Shown: one piece after another, positions 1 to 12,334 of the stretch
How positions within the stretch are numbered: position 1 is the stretch's first letter
Layout of the letters: each line of letters starts with the position of its first letter
Assembly (NCBI GenBank): GCA_964016885.1
Contig: OZ024740.1
Location: forward strand, 379,564,001 to 379,628,000
DNA length: 64,000 bases
Origin: Eledone cirrhosa
Lineage: Eukaryota
Direction: 5' to 3'
Made by a program: the position numbers and the translations under genes
The notes under the pieces: generated by a model
Told to the model about the DNA's origin: nothing
Database searches by the model: none
The model's input: only the letters and a program-made list of their open reading frames with translations

Positions 1-322
1 AATATTGCTGTCATGATAAAATGCACGCATTCCACTCTGTAATGTGGTAGTGCTGGTGCCATAATAAAATGCATCCAGTAGAGTGCTGGTGCCATGATAA
101 ATACCACTCGGTCTATTCAGTAACGTAGTGCTGGTAAGACGATAAAATGCACCCAGTACATGTAGTAAAATGATTGGTATTAGGAATGGCATCCAGCTAT
201 AGAGACCATCATGCCAAAATAAAACATGAGCAAAACACAGTCACCAAACCTGTCTAACATAACAATCCATGAAACACATACCAACATGGAAAACGGGTGT
301 AAAATGGTGATGATGATGATGG
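1..322 (+). mobile_element. 3' UTR remnant of an RTE-family LINE with internal subrepeats and a (GAT)n tail
   Basis: Repeated 'gtgctggtgccatgataaaatgcac' units, then 'ggtattaggaatggcatccagctatag' and 'catggaaaacgggtgtaaaatggtgatgatgatgat'. The same tail follows the RT ORF at 2460-2785. Confidence 0.7.
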
Positions 323-339
323 CTCATTATTGAAAGATA

Positions 340-2785
340 TACACATGCAATAACTTACTAAAGGCAACGGATGAGATCTGTGGCTGGAGTAAGACCACAG
401 GCAGGAGGAGAGTGACTTGGTGGTGGAACAATAAGGTAGATGAGGCAGTTAAGGCCAAGAGACAGGCATGGAAAGAATGGAAGAACGAAGAAAGCAGGGT
501 ACATTACATAGAGACCAGGAGGGAAGCTAGGCGACAAGTATACTTAGCTAGGAGGGAAGCTGAGGATGGAAAATTCAAGCATGTTTTGCAACGTGAGGAC
601 CATAAACAGGAGGTGTTCAAGATTGCAAGGCAGTGTGTCAGAGATAGTTGTGATGTCATTGGAGAGAAGTGTATCCGGAAGGATAAAGGTGAGCTTGCCC
701 TCACAAGTGCTGAGAAGAAAGATGCATGGAAGAGTCATTATGATAGATTACTAAATGAGGAGAATGCATAGGAAGAAGAGACCCTACCCCAAGTAGACCC
801 TATAGAGGGGCCAGCAATACAAGTCAGCATCAGTGTAGTAAGTAAGGCAATCAAAGATATGAAAACGGGGAAGGTCAATCGGGTATAGCTGCCGAGATGC
901 TGAAGGCATCTGGGTCGGTAGGTCACACCATAACCACACGTATTGTTAACCAGGTAATACTAGAAGGTGTCATGCCAAAAGATTGGTGCAGTAGCATCAA
1001 TGTCAAGTGCTAAAAAGGTAAAGGTGATGCACTAGATAGAGGAAACTATAGAGGTATAAAGTTGATGGACCAGGTCATGAAAGTAACAGAAAGAGTTATA
1101 GCACAGTTGATTAGGGACTGGGTGAAACTAGATGAGATGCAATTAGGGTTTGTGCCAGGAAGAGGCACCACTGATGCCCTCTTCCTTGTGAGGCAGTTAC
1201 AAGAAAAGTACCTAGCTAAAAGTAAGCCGCTCTACTAGGCATTCGTTGATCTCGAGAAAGCATTTGACAGAGTTCCCCATGCTATAAGCTGATGGGCTCT
1301 TAGAAAACTAGGAATAGATGAATGGTTTGTGAAAGCTGTACAAGCCATTTATAGGGGAGCAGTCAGCAAAGTTAGGATTAGCAATGACTATAGCGAGGAA
1401 TTTAGCGTACAGGTCGGTGTCCACCAGGGCTCTGTTCTTAGCCCTCTCCTGTTCATCATAGTTCTGCAGGCAATAAGGGAGGAGTTTAAGACCGGATGCC
1501 CATGGGAACTCCTGTATACAGATGACCTCGCACTTATAGCTGAATCTATGGTAGAACTAGAGAAGAAATTCCAAACTTGGAAGCAGGGACTAGATAGAAA
1601 GGGTCTCAGGGTCAACCTGACAAAGACTAAGGTCCTTGTAAGTAGACGAGAAAACAGAACCCAGATCCCCTCAGGGAAATGGCCTTGCTCAGTATGTAGG
1701 GAAGGTGTAGGTAGGAACTCCATTCTCTGCCCCAAATGCAAACAATGGGTACACAAGAGATGTAGTGGGATCTCAGGAAGCTTAACTAAGAATGTAGGCT
1801 TCACATGTAGCAGCTGTGCTGGGACAGCAAGCAGCAAACAGCCACAGGAAACAAGTACCACCAAACTCTGGGAGGGCTCTGTAGAAACAGTAGACAACTT
1901 CTGCTACGTAGGTGACCAAATTAGCAGCGGGGGTGGGTGTTCGGAAAGTACAATAACTAGGGTAAGAACGGGATGGAAGAAGTTCAGGGAGCTACTGCCA
2001 CTGCTAGCTGCAAAAGGCTTTTCCCTCAAAATGAAAGGCAGACTGTATGATGCGTGTATACGAACAACAATGTTACATGGTAGTGAGACCTGGGCGCTGT
2101 CTGTGGAAGACTTGCGTAGATTAGAAAGAAACGAAGCCTGCATGCTCTGATGGATGTGTAATAGTAATATATGCGAATGGCAAAGCATAAATGAATTGAG
2201 AGAGAGACTGAGCATAAGAGGAATCAAATGCTGTGTGCAGGAGAGGCGGTTGCGTTGGTATGGACATGTGATGCGTATGAAGGATGACAGCTGCATAAAA
2301 AGGTACAGAGCACTAGAAGTCAATGGAAACCGCGGAGAGGGGAGACCCAAGAAGACCTGGGATGAGGTGATAAAAGCCGACCTTACCAAATTACACCTCT
2401 CAAAGGCGATGGCACACGACCGTGACCTCTGGCGTCACACAGTAATACAGAAGACCTGACCCCCCATGGGTACAAGCCGAAGCTGAAGCATATAGACAAT
2501 ATGCCCCCACACCCTCCCACAGCAAAGTGGTCGTGGAGGTGCCATAGCAAAAAAGCACCCAGCCCACACTGTAAAGTGGACGTGTAAGTGCCACGGAAGA
2601 AAAGCACCCAGCACTCACTGTATATGAGGTTGGTATTAGGAAGGGCATCCAGCTGTAGAAATCAAACCAGGATCAGTTCCCGTATGAGCAAGGCATGGTC
2701 AGCCGACCGGACACTGCCCACAACAGGACAACCCGTCTAACCCATGCAAGCATGGAAAATAAATGTTAAATGGTGATAATCATGT
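340..2785 (+). mobile_element. 5'-truncated, decayed RTE-clade LINE (RT with embedded PHD finger, plus 3' UTR)
   Basis: Collinear ORF pieces 412-771, 1329-2150 and 2154-2459 separated by stops/frameshifts. Motifs: WWWN, NYRGIKL, DLEKAFDRVP, GVHQGSVLSPLLF, LYTDDL, HGSETW, RRLRWYGHV, GRPKKTW. Confidence 0.95.
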
Positions 2786-2880
2786 TGAATCCACTGATTA
2801 TGTAACCAGAGCATGTAATAATCAAACATGTCTTGGTTGTCTTCTGTTTGTCATTTCACTTTAAATTTGGAATTTTGCAG

Positions 2881-3058
2881 TCGAAAGAGTCTAAAAAAGA
2901 TCTCAAAATTAAAACTGAAGATTCTGGTTCATCAGAGAATTCACAGTCACCAAAGAAGTCATCATCAGAGATCAGCCCATCTGCTAAAGCTGGTGCATGT
3001 ATAGATTCTACAACTACACCAAAAAAATCTCCATATGGTATTCCCAAAAGAAAAACAG
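2881..3058 (+). CDS. LIG1: DNA ligase I N-terminal exon (SKESKKDLKIK...SPYGIPKRKT), phase 0 to 1
   Basis: ttttgcAG acceptor at 2879-2880 and GTacat donor at 3059. Spliced to the next exon it reads SPYGIPKRKTARK, matching vertebrate LIG1 SPSGIPKRRTARK as recalled from memory. Confidence 0.8.
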
Positions 3059-3300
3059 GTACATATATTTATCTGACTTATATTGAGTTATTAAAAAAAT
3101 TGATGATTTATGGTTTGCAAGGAGACAAAATACAGTGATTGTATTTGAGTTTGAAGTCAAGAATATATGTGAGCAGTAGCACAGCATTTACCTTATATAC
3201 TCGTATATAAGCCGATAAATATGTGACAAAAAAATCGATGGTAAAATGTTGGGTCAACTTATGCTTGAGGTCAATTTTCATTAATTTCATATTCTACGTA

Positions 3301-6300
3301 GATCACCTTGACCGACCAGTCTGTCGGGCGTCCATTCAGCGCCGCTGGTCACAGCACGCCGTCCATTCTTCTCTGGATCGTGCTTTCCTCATTCATGTAG
3401 TCCCAATCATATTCCTAAAATCGTAACTCCACCTTCGTGGAGGCCTTCTGAGTGGTCGTTTCCGCTTACGCGAGTACCACTCTGCAACTGCGCGAGCCCA
3501 CCGATTATCGGTGAACCGGGCGACGTTTCCAGCCCATCTGAACTTGCTGTGCATATATTCCGTGATGACGTCCCTCACGCTGGACTTCTGTCTGATGACT
3601 TCGCTCCTGATGTGCTCTCTCAACGAGATTCCTAACATTGATCACTCCATGTTCTTTGAGCTGTTACCAGCCTCTGCTCTTCTCTCTTCGTTGTAGCCCA
3701 AGTTTCACTGCCAACCTCCCCTTGAGCACATCCCTTATGCCGTTGAACGCCTTCCATCCGGCCCTTACTCTCCGCAAGATCTCCCTCAATGTCTTGGCGC
3801 ATGTTCACTTCTTGTCCTAGGTAGATGTATTCCTCCACCTCCCCTATTTCATCACCGCCAACCACCATTCGACCTGTTGGTACATTGAACTTCGTTTTCA
3901 TGTGGTTCATCTTGAGGCCTACTGCAGAGCTTTTGATGTTGAGCTCCATCAGCATGGTCTGAAGCTGATCCGTGGTTTCAGCGATGAGTACGATGTCATC
4001 AGTGAAACGGAGATGGGTAAGTATCTTGCCGTTGATGTTGACACCGCCTTGCCAGTCAATGCCTCTGATGATCTGCTCGAGAGACGCGGTGAAAAATTTT
4101 GGAGAGATCGTATCTCCTTGCTTCACTCCCTCCTCGACCGGCACTCGTACGGGTGATGACAGCAGAGCTATATCGGTGGTGCATCCAGAATTCGCCTCCT
4201 TTAGCAGTTGAGCGTATTGTGCCTCAACTCCTTGCCTCTGCAGCGAGTTCAGCACTGCATTGATTTCGACGCTGTCGAAGGCCTTCTCGTAGTCTACGAA
4301 CGTGATGCAAAGAGGCATCCTGTACTCTTTTGCTCGCTCAAGCAGTTGTGTCAGAGTAAATATGTGGTCCATCGTGCTGTAGTTCTTCCGGAAGCCGGCT
4401 TGCTCTCTCGGTTGCCGTTCGTCCAGATGACGTGATAACCTGTTCAGGATTATCTTCGTGAACAGCTTGTACATGTGAGACAGCAGGCATATGGGTCGGT
4501 AGTTCTTCAGATCTTCTCTATCGCCCTTCTTGTATAGCAGGATGGTTATCGACTCTTTCCACTGCTAGGGTATTCTTCCCTCGTCCAGATAGTGTGTGAA
4601 TCACTCGGCAAGGATTTTCCAGAGCTGCTCTCTGCCTGACTTCAACACCTCCGATGTTATGCCGTCTTTCCCTGGCGCTTTTCCGCTTTTCATCAAGCCG
4701 ACGACTCTTTCGACCTCACCGACAAGGACGGGTGGCACATTTTCTTCTTGTTGGAGTGACAGCAACGGCTGCACATTCCCAGCAGACTTGAAGAGCTTGG
4801 TGTAGAAGTCTTCGCAAACCTTTTTCCACCTCATTCTTGTCGCTGACCGGTACACCAGCTGTGTTCTTCAGGGTCGTCACCGCCGATCTGTACATTGCCA
4901 TGTCCCTCTCGCATTTCTTGAGGCTCTTCTTTTCCTCTGCGGCCTTCAGGAGCTTCTCCATCCGGTATGCCTCGAAGTCTCTCTTCAGTTGTTGACGTAT
5001 CACTCTGCTGAGAAGGGAATATTCGAGGTGATCTTCAGGTGTCCTCTTCATATTCTTCCTCTTCTCAAGCAACTTCATAGTTTCCTCCGAGACTCTTCCC
5101 TTCCGCTCCCTCGGGCACACACCCTTAGCCTTCCTCAAGCACTCCTTCAGTTTCCTTATCAGTGAGTCGTAGTGTAGTGCCTATGCCGTCTCTTTGACAC
5201 CAGTTTTCCTGCATGATGGCTTCCTGCAGCTGCGCCTTGTTGAAGATCCAGACACCAAATGCAGCACCTTCTTCTCCCTCATCCGGTCGATGACGACCGT
5301 CGCCCTCACCAGACGATCACTGCCAGTGTTGAATGGCGTTATGACGGAGACGTCCTGCAGTACGTATCGCTTGTTGACCAGGATGTAGTCGATCTCGTTT
5401 CGGTGCTCAGAATTTGGCGATACCTAGGTCCATCTCTTCTCCTTCCTGAAGAGGCTGTTTCCGATGTAGAGCCGTCTCGCCTCCGCCATAGTGACCAGAC
5501 GCTCTCCTCTCTCATTTTGCTTTCCTAGGCCGAATCTTCCGACATACTCTTCCCCTTGCCGTCCCTGTCTGACCTTTGCGTTGAAGTCTCCCATCACGAC
5601 GGTGCAAGTGGACTTCACAGCTAGCACTTTGTCTAGCTGGCAATAGAATTCTTCCACTTCATCGTTATCGCTGGCACTTGTGGGAGCGTAGGTCTGGACA
5701 ATCTTGAGGGTGGCCTTCCCTGAGAGGTTCACGTTCAGTACACCAATCCATGATGATATGAACTGGCAAGAAGCGACCTTCGAAGCCCATTCCTTGCTTA
5801 CGATGAACCCTATACCTCCGACCGATCTTGCACACTCTGCTTTCCCGAGTCTCATGGCGCATCCATCTTGCCATCGCGAACTCGCCTCCTTCTTCTGGCG
5901 GGTCTCGCACAGCCCTAATACATCGCACCTGATCTTCTTCTCCTCCTCCATTAGGTGGTTAAGTCCTTGCCCCCCCACCAAAGACCTGCAGTTGTAGGTG
6001 CATATGGCAAGGTTAGTCCTGTTCCATGGCGGCCTTCGGGAACTTGTGATTCTTAGCAGCCTCTCGTCGCTTGGGTTGCACTCCGCCGTCCTGGAGTGGC
6101 CCGATTCATGCGCAGGGTACTGAGGCCTTTTTCTTTGTGCTGTTTTAGCCATAAGATAACGCCATCCCACTGGCTGGGCGAGCAGGCTGGTACCTCTTCA
6201 GTTTAGCTAGCTTTTGAATTCTAGAAGATGATGAATCATCTCTAGGACCAATAGTCTGATACCTGTGTAGCATGGTAAAACCTGCCAGGACATTGAGTCC

Positions 6301-6375
6301 CGCTACCATAGCTATCAGACAGCCAGGGTCACCGCTGCGCCACTTTTGAGGCACTGAAGTAGGATTTTGCAGAGG
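3301..6375 (-). mobile_element. Apparently full-length RTE-1-like LINE (APE endonuclease + RT), frameshifted
   Basis: APE motifs TYNCRSL, LGLCETR, QTYAPTS, VMGDFNAK (5424-6170). RT motifs EQAGFR, DYEKAFDSV, GVKQGDTISPK, LRFTDDI, KFRWAG. Direct repeat TCTACGTA at 3293-3300 and 6376-6383. Confidence 0.95.
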
Positions 6376-6997
6376 TCTACGTAAATAAGGTGCTAAAATA
6401 TTTGAAGTGATTATTTTACAATGAAACACAATTTTTCTACATTTACAACATCGTCATGAAAGTTATTTATGTATTCTCTTTAAAATATTTCTAACAAATT
6501 TTTATAATTTGAATTTTTTTAATACATGGTCTAACCCATGCTAGCATGGAAGATGGACGTTAAACGATGATGATGATGATAAATAACCCATTCACATTCA
6601 TGCACAAACATACACACATGTGCTGACTCTTTTTCTGTGACTTAATACTTTTTCTTTCAATCTTATGTAAGATTGAAATTGGACTTCTGACTTGTTTTAT
6701 TGCTCTCACTCTCTTTCTCATCTCGCTTTTACCCATTTCTTAGACATAAAATAGAGAGGTTGGCTCAGATTGTCTTATATTTGAATATATCTACTACTTC
6801 ATAACCATTGAACCTAAGGTTAAAACACAGTATTTGTTGATAGATAATTTAGAATATTCTGGTATGACTTATTTCCTTTAACTTTCATCACTTGGTACTA
6901 TATAATATTTTATGATATATCACTGCAAGATTGTTTTATGTAACTCTAACAATTACCATAATATCAATATTGGTCATATAGATAGATAAAATAAAAT

Positions 6998-7190
6998 AAT
7001 TGTTTCTACTTTTGGCACAAGGCCAGCAATTATCCCAGTGCATTACTGGTAATTTATTTTATCGACCCCGTAAGGATGAAAGGCAAAGTTAACCTCGGCG
7101 GGGTTTGAACTCAGAATGGCAAGGGCCAGAACTCTATGCGTCAAAGCACGGAGTCCAACCCTCTACCAATACTGCCAATCCACCACCATA
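6998..7190 (-). mobile_element. tRNA-derived SINE with a Meta-like core (one of many copies)
   Basis: Core 'tttatcgaccccgtaaggatgaaaggcaaagttaacc' plus B-box 'tttgaactc'. Related copies at about 9171, 10495, 30745, 30958, 37035, 62378 and 62480. Confidence 0.8.
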
Positions 7191-8010
7191 TTAAATAAAA
7201 TAATGTTCTATCATTATAGATAGAATGCTACCATTGTCATCGTTTTTACATTGACTTTTCCATGGTGGTATAGGCTGTATGAGACTTTTTGCAACAATGT
7301 TTTACAACTGGATAAAACCCTTTTAGTTGCTATATAGGGAAAATGGATATTAAATTATTCATTTTTTTTTCATTTTTACGTCCGCTTTCTCACTGCTTGC
7401 AAGGGTGGGACGGGAACTGATTCTGGCTTGATTTCTACAGCTGGATGCCCTTCCTAACACCAACCTCATTTACAGTGAGTGCTGGGTGCTTTTTTGCCGT
7501 GGCACCTCCACGACCACTTTACAGTGGAATGATAGGGACCCCAGTCCCTATCATCTCATTTCTACAGCTGAGTAAACTGGAGCAATGTGAAATAAAGTGT
7601 CTTGCTCAAGGAAACAACACATCACCTGGTCTGAGAATTGAACTCACAACCTTTCGATTGCAAGGCCAATGCTCTAACCACTAAGCCATGTGCCTCCATT
7701 ATATATATATATCATATATCATCAACATATATATATATATCATCATCAGCATTTTATGTCCTCTTTCTTTGTTGGCCTGGGTTGTCATTGTCTAACACCA
7801 GATGGATCATATATTCCATATTTGGCATTGTTTCTACAGCTGGATGCCCTTCCTAACACCCCTAAAAGGGTATACTAGGTGCATTCTATTGTAGCACTAG
7901 CACCACCACTTTACTGGGTGCATTTATATATATATATGTTGTCCGACCCATGCAAGCATAGAAAAGTAGACAGAAAAAGAATGATAATGATGATATATAT
8001 TTTTTTTCAG

Positions 8011-8168
8011 CACGGAAAACGGTTGGATCTAATTTTACTCCAAAGCGTAAAATTATTGCAGAAGATTCACCAACTTCTTGTAATGGAGTTTCCAAACGAC
8101 AAAAACTCAAATCATGCGAAGAGGATGCTGATTCCACATCTAGTGACCCTGAGAATAACCAAGAAAAT
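8011..8168 (+). CDS. LIG1: DNA ligase I exon (ARKTVGSNFTPKRK...DPENNQEN), phase 1 to 0
   Basis: tttttttcAG acceptor, GTGAGT donor at 8169, and an open frame in the phase set by the previous exon. Confidence 0.8.
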
Positions 8169-8888
8169 GTGAGTGATTTACAATACATTTTTGGGGTATT
8201 TTTATACAGTATATCATCCCTTTATCACCTTTATCATTGCTAGTTACCTCATTTCTATAGCATTGGTTGTTGCAGGAATATCTCTCCTTTGCTACCTTCC
8301 AAGTATCTCCTTAGTGAGGGAGTCTGCTTCCCTTATATCTAAATAATCTTAATACTTAGTGTGTCTTTAATAGACACAAGAATAGCAATGTTGTTAAGGT
8401 AATGTTTCTGGGCTCAATTTCATTGCACAACATCTTAATTGAGTATCATTTTGCCATAGCTTCTGGTTGACTGAAGCCTTGTGTGTGAAATTGGGAAGAT
8501 GAAAACTGCGGAAGTTTGTCAGATGAACTCAACCTCATTAGCATCTTATACAGCATATAAAGATTGCATTACTTTACACAGCTTCAAAATATTAATTCAT
8601 TGCACAATCGCTAACCTATGTAAAGTTTAAAATAGTAATACTTCTGCACCTATGCAGTACATACAACAACTCTTAAAACTTATGAGATTTTAGCCTTTAG
8701 TTTTATTCTTTTCTCTCTTCTATCTTTGTTACAATCTTCTGAAAATGCTGCTTGTACCATATCCAGCTATACCTATACCAATTCAATGCATCTTCTATTT
8801 TTTCTTTCAGTCAATAAAAGATATGTTCTGTGCTTTTTTTTTCTATCATGTTGATTTAATATCTTAGGTAGGTTTGCTAAGTCATATA

Positions 8889-9430
8889 CAGTGGAACCTC
8901 GGTTCATGAACAAAATTTGTTCCTGAAGGCCATTTGTCACCCGAAATGTTCATAGACTGAAACTAGTTTTTTCAAACGAAATGTTGAGAGAGAGACTGTG
9001 TGAAAGAGAGATATCACCATAGTAACAAACTACACAACATTTCTTGCTGATACTCCAAGCTTGTTGCCAACCATTGTTGCCGGCTTATATGTTCATTACT
9101 TGAGACACCGTTCATGAACCAATATGTTTTATGTTTGGAAAAACTGTCTGTGAGCTGATTTGTTAATAATTGTTTCTACTTTTGGTACAAGGCGAGCAAT
9201 TACCCCAGTGCATTACTGGTTCTTTATTTTATTGACTCCGTAAGGATGAAAGGCAAAGTTAACCGTGACAGGGTTTGAACTCAGACCGCAAAGGGCCATA
9301 ACTCTATGCTGCAAAGCATGGTGTCTGACGCTCTACCGATTCTGCCAATCCACTGATTTGTTAATAATGAGAGGCATTTGTGAACTGATTTGTTCATGGT
9401 GAAAGTCGTTTGTGAACTGAGGTTCCACTG
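8889..9430. mobile_element. Tc1/pogo (Tigger-like) non-autonomous element containing a SINE
   Basis: TIRs CAGTGGAACCTCGGTTCA / TGAACTGAGGTTCCACTG flanked by TA (8887-8888, 9431-9432). Confidence 0.85.
9171..9352 (-). mobile_element. tRNA-SINE inserted in the Tigger-like element
   Basis: 16-bp direct repeat CTGATTTGTTAATAAT at 9155-9170 and 9353-9368, plus the SINE core. Confidence 0.85.
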
Positions 9431-9546
9431 TACAGTGGTCTTCCCTATCCAACAACCCAACAAACTACAGGCAACATGGCCTATATATATACCCTTTCTA
9501 TAAATTAAAATGAAACATCTGAACTATTTTTTTATTTTTATTTCAG

Positions 9547-9589
9547 AACAAAGACAATAAAAGGTCCAAAGAAAAGCAATCTCCACAAG
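9547..9589 (+). CDS. LIG1: DNA ligase I small exon (NKDNKRSKEKQSPQ), phase 0 to 1
   Basis: Long T-rich tract with tttcAG acceptor and G|GTAAAT donor. Its 43 nt bridge the phases of the flanking exons. Confidence 0.7.
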
Positions 9590-9699
9590 GTAAATGCATG
9601 TATTAATATCATATGAGGATAACTATATTCATCATAAGAACCACTAACATAATTTAACTGTTTTACCATGTTGGTATAGGTTCAATATATTAGTTCTTA

Positions 9700-10240
9700 T
9701 ATTGTCCACAAGAGTGTCGGCTACAAAGCTTAGCTAGATGTGGTTCTGCCACAGCTGAACACATTGCTGTCCTTTCTCATTAAACTCTGCCAAGTCCAAT
9801 GCTGTGCAGGGGGCATATAAGAAAGTGGTGTGTAGTCTGTGGTTCGATACCGCAGTCACACACGTCCCCAGCCTTTAAATATCCCCATTTTGCCAGATTG
9901 GCTTTTGCACAACCAACACCAGATCTTAATCTGTTGAGGCATTTCCACACTCATAATTTGTATCGTCTCCAAGGGGCAGTGCCTCACTCACTTTTAGCTC
10001 CATTGTTGTTACAGATGAGGTTGTTATGTTTTTCTTCCCAGCGAGTGACTCTTTCACTACTTAATGTTTCAAGGGATGTGACGCTCTTTAGGAAACTTTT
10101 CCTGGATTTAAGGCGGCTTTTGGCTTTTGGCTGGCACATGGCTGAAGAGAGGATGTTTTTGATCTGTAGTCTGTTGTTGACTCTCTTTCTTGTTTGCTGC
10201 ACTTCGTCGTATCACTGGTGGGGATATTAATAATACTACA
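9700..10240 (-). mobile_element. 3' fragment of a non-LTR retrotransposon with a C-terminal CCHC knuckle (clade uncertain)
   Basis: Translates to PPVIRR...HPLFSH...RLKSRKSF...LNRLRSGVG..ANLAKWGY...CDCG..QTTHHFLICP. Confidence 0.75.
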
Positions 10241-12334
10241 CCTTTGCACATGTCTCTCTTACAATTCTTGTATGAAGATTCAATACTCTTTGTTCTACAT
10301 GTTTCTTTCCAGGTCTTAGACACAATGTGCCAATGATGGTACCCATTAGTCAAACAAGCTACTAAACATAACAGCCAAATTCTCTTGGGGCAATGTTCTT
10401 GAATGCCCCCCCCCCCTTGTCCTTTATCATTATTGTTCAATGAGGTATACAAATGCTATTTTCATCAGGGGTCAAGCAACAGTCCCTTTACGATCTGAGT
10501 TCAAATCCCGCCGAGGTTAACTTTGCCTTTCATCCTTATGGGGTCGATAAAATAAAGTACCAGTAATGTACTGGGTAATTGCTGGCCTTGTGCCAAAAGT
10601 AGAAACAATTATTGATGTATTTGGAAGGATTACTGACTACACTGATAATTTCATCACCACCATCATCATCATTGTCCTTTTATGTCTGTTTTCCTTGTCT
10701 GCATGGGTTGGACAGATTTTTCTAGCACAGGTTCCCTTCACCTATTGTGTTCTTTAGTCATCTCTTCTGTGAGATTCATCATTTAAGATCAGCTCTCACC
10801 ACTTCTGCCCAGGTCTTCCTTAATCTTTCTCTACTGCAGCTTCCTTCTACTTAGAACTTCTCGCACTTCTTCACCCAACAATCATCATCCATATGCATTA
10901 CATCACTATACAAGTGCAGTCTTCTCTCTTGCACATTGCATTTGATTCCTGTTAAACCCAGTTTTTCTCACAGCCTTTCTATGCTTCATCGTTTATTTAG
11001 CAAAATATATAATCACTGTAAAAATGTTTGGTCATATAAACATTTGATTCTTTTGCCTTTTTAAAATTGTCATCAAGTTATTTCATGCTAGTAAGGATGG
11101 TAGCAGTAGCAGCAATGATTAGACCTATGCATTGTATTCATGACTATCCCATATTTCAATCAGATGTGATGAATATAGGACAACATAATTTAATGTGTCC
11201 TTACTTTTTAACATAGTAGCATGTGGTTTGAGTTAGATTTATTTGCTATTTCTAGCAGAATGAGCAAGCACATATAGGCTCCTAAGTTAATGTAATAATC
11301 TTATGTAATTAACATTTATTCGATTTGGTGTAAAATATCTGTTCTGCCATGTAAGTATTCAAAGGAGGCAGATAGACATATTTTCTTCTTATCTCATTTT
11401 AGTTTGTTATTGATGCACTTTTAACCATTATTCACAAATTTCTCTTTCTTGTTGTAGCCAATGAGAAATCCTCCTTTGCAGTTCTTTGACCTGCTAGAAA
11501 TAGCACTTAAATTCTCTCAAATATACTTTACATCTTTTTTTTCACTTCTATTTATTGATCTTTTTATTGTTTATTCTTCTTCCCTGGCCTTGTGCCTATA
11601 TAAGAAACCATTATTTCTTCTTCTTCCTCTTTTTCCTTCTCTCCTACTTTGATCTTTGTTCTACACATGCCCCTTTCTCACAGACTTCTCTTGTTACTAT
11701 TCCCCTTCTTTTTTTTTTTTTGTGTTCTTGTCCTAGTGAGACCATGAACATTCTGATTTATTAAGAGCAGCTTCTCAGCTGTATTTGGTCTCCTTGTGGC
11801 ATTACCCCTGAGTGATACAGATATGACATTTTAACCCTTTTCCTACAAACCCATCCAAAATTGCCTCTTCTATGAAACAAAACTACTTATTTTAAGAATT
11901 TCTATTTAAATTAAAACCTTCCAAAACAATTTTACTTTTGTTAAGTTACCGTATTTCCTGACACCGAAGACTCTTTGTCCTTGAGGACGCACCCTAATTT
12001 TGACAACCAAAAATTTGAAAAAAAATAATATACAACTTTTGGATGCATGGTAGATTGTTGAGACTTATTTTAAGAAAAAAGCAACGTCTTTGACGCTGGG
12101 AAATACAGTATATTAAAAATATCATCTTAATGAAATTATTAATAATTAGATATTCAAATATTGTTGTCATTAACATAACAAAATATTAACCCTTTAGCAT
12201 TTAAACTGGCTATATCTGGCCAGAATTCTCTCACCTCTTTCTGTTCAAACCGGCTGTAACTGGTCACTCATACCAAAATTAGGGTATTGTTCTCAAAATC
12301 AATAATATTAAAATCTCATAGATTCGATATTATG

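Noticed and set aside
7879-8172. 97-aa ORF over the LIG1 exon
   Set aside because: Wrong frame; splice phase and the ARK motif support a different frame.
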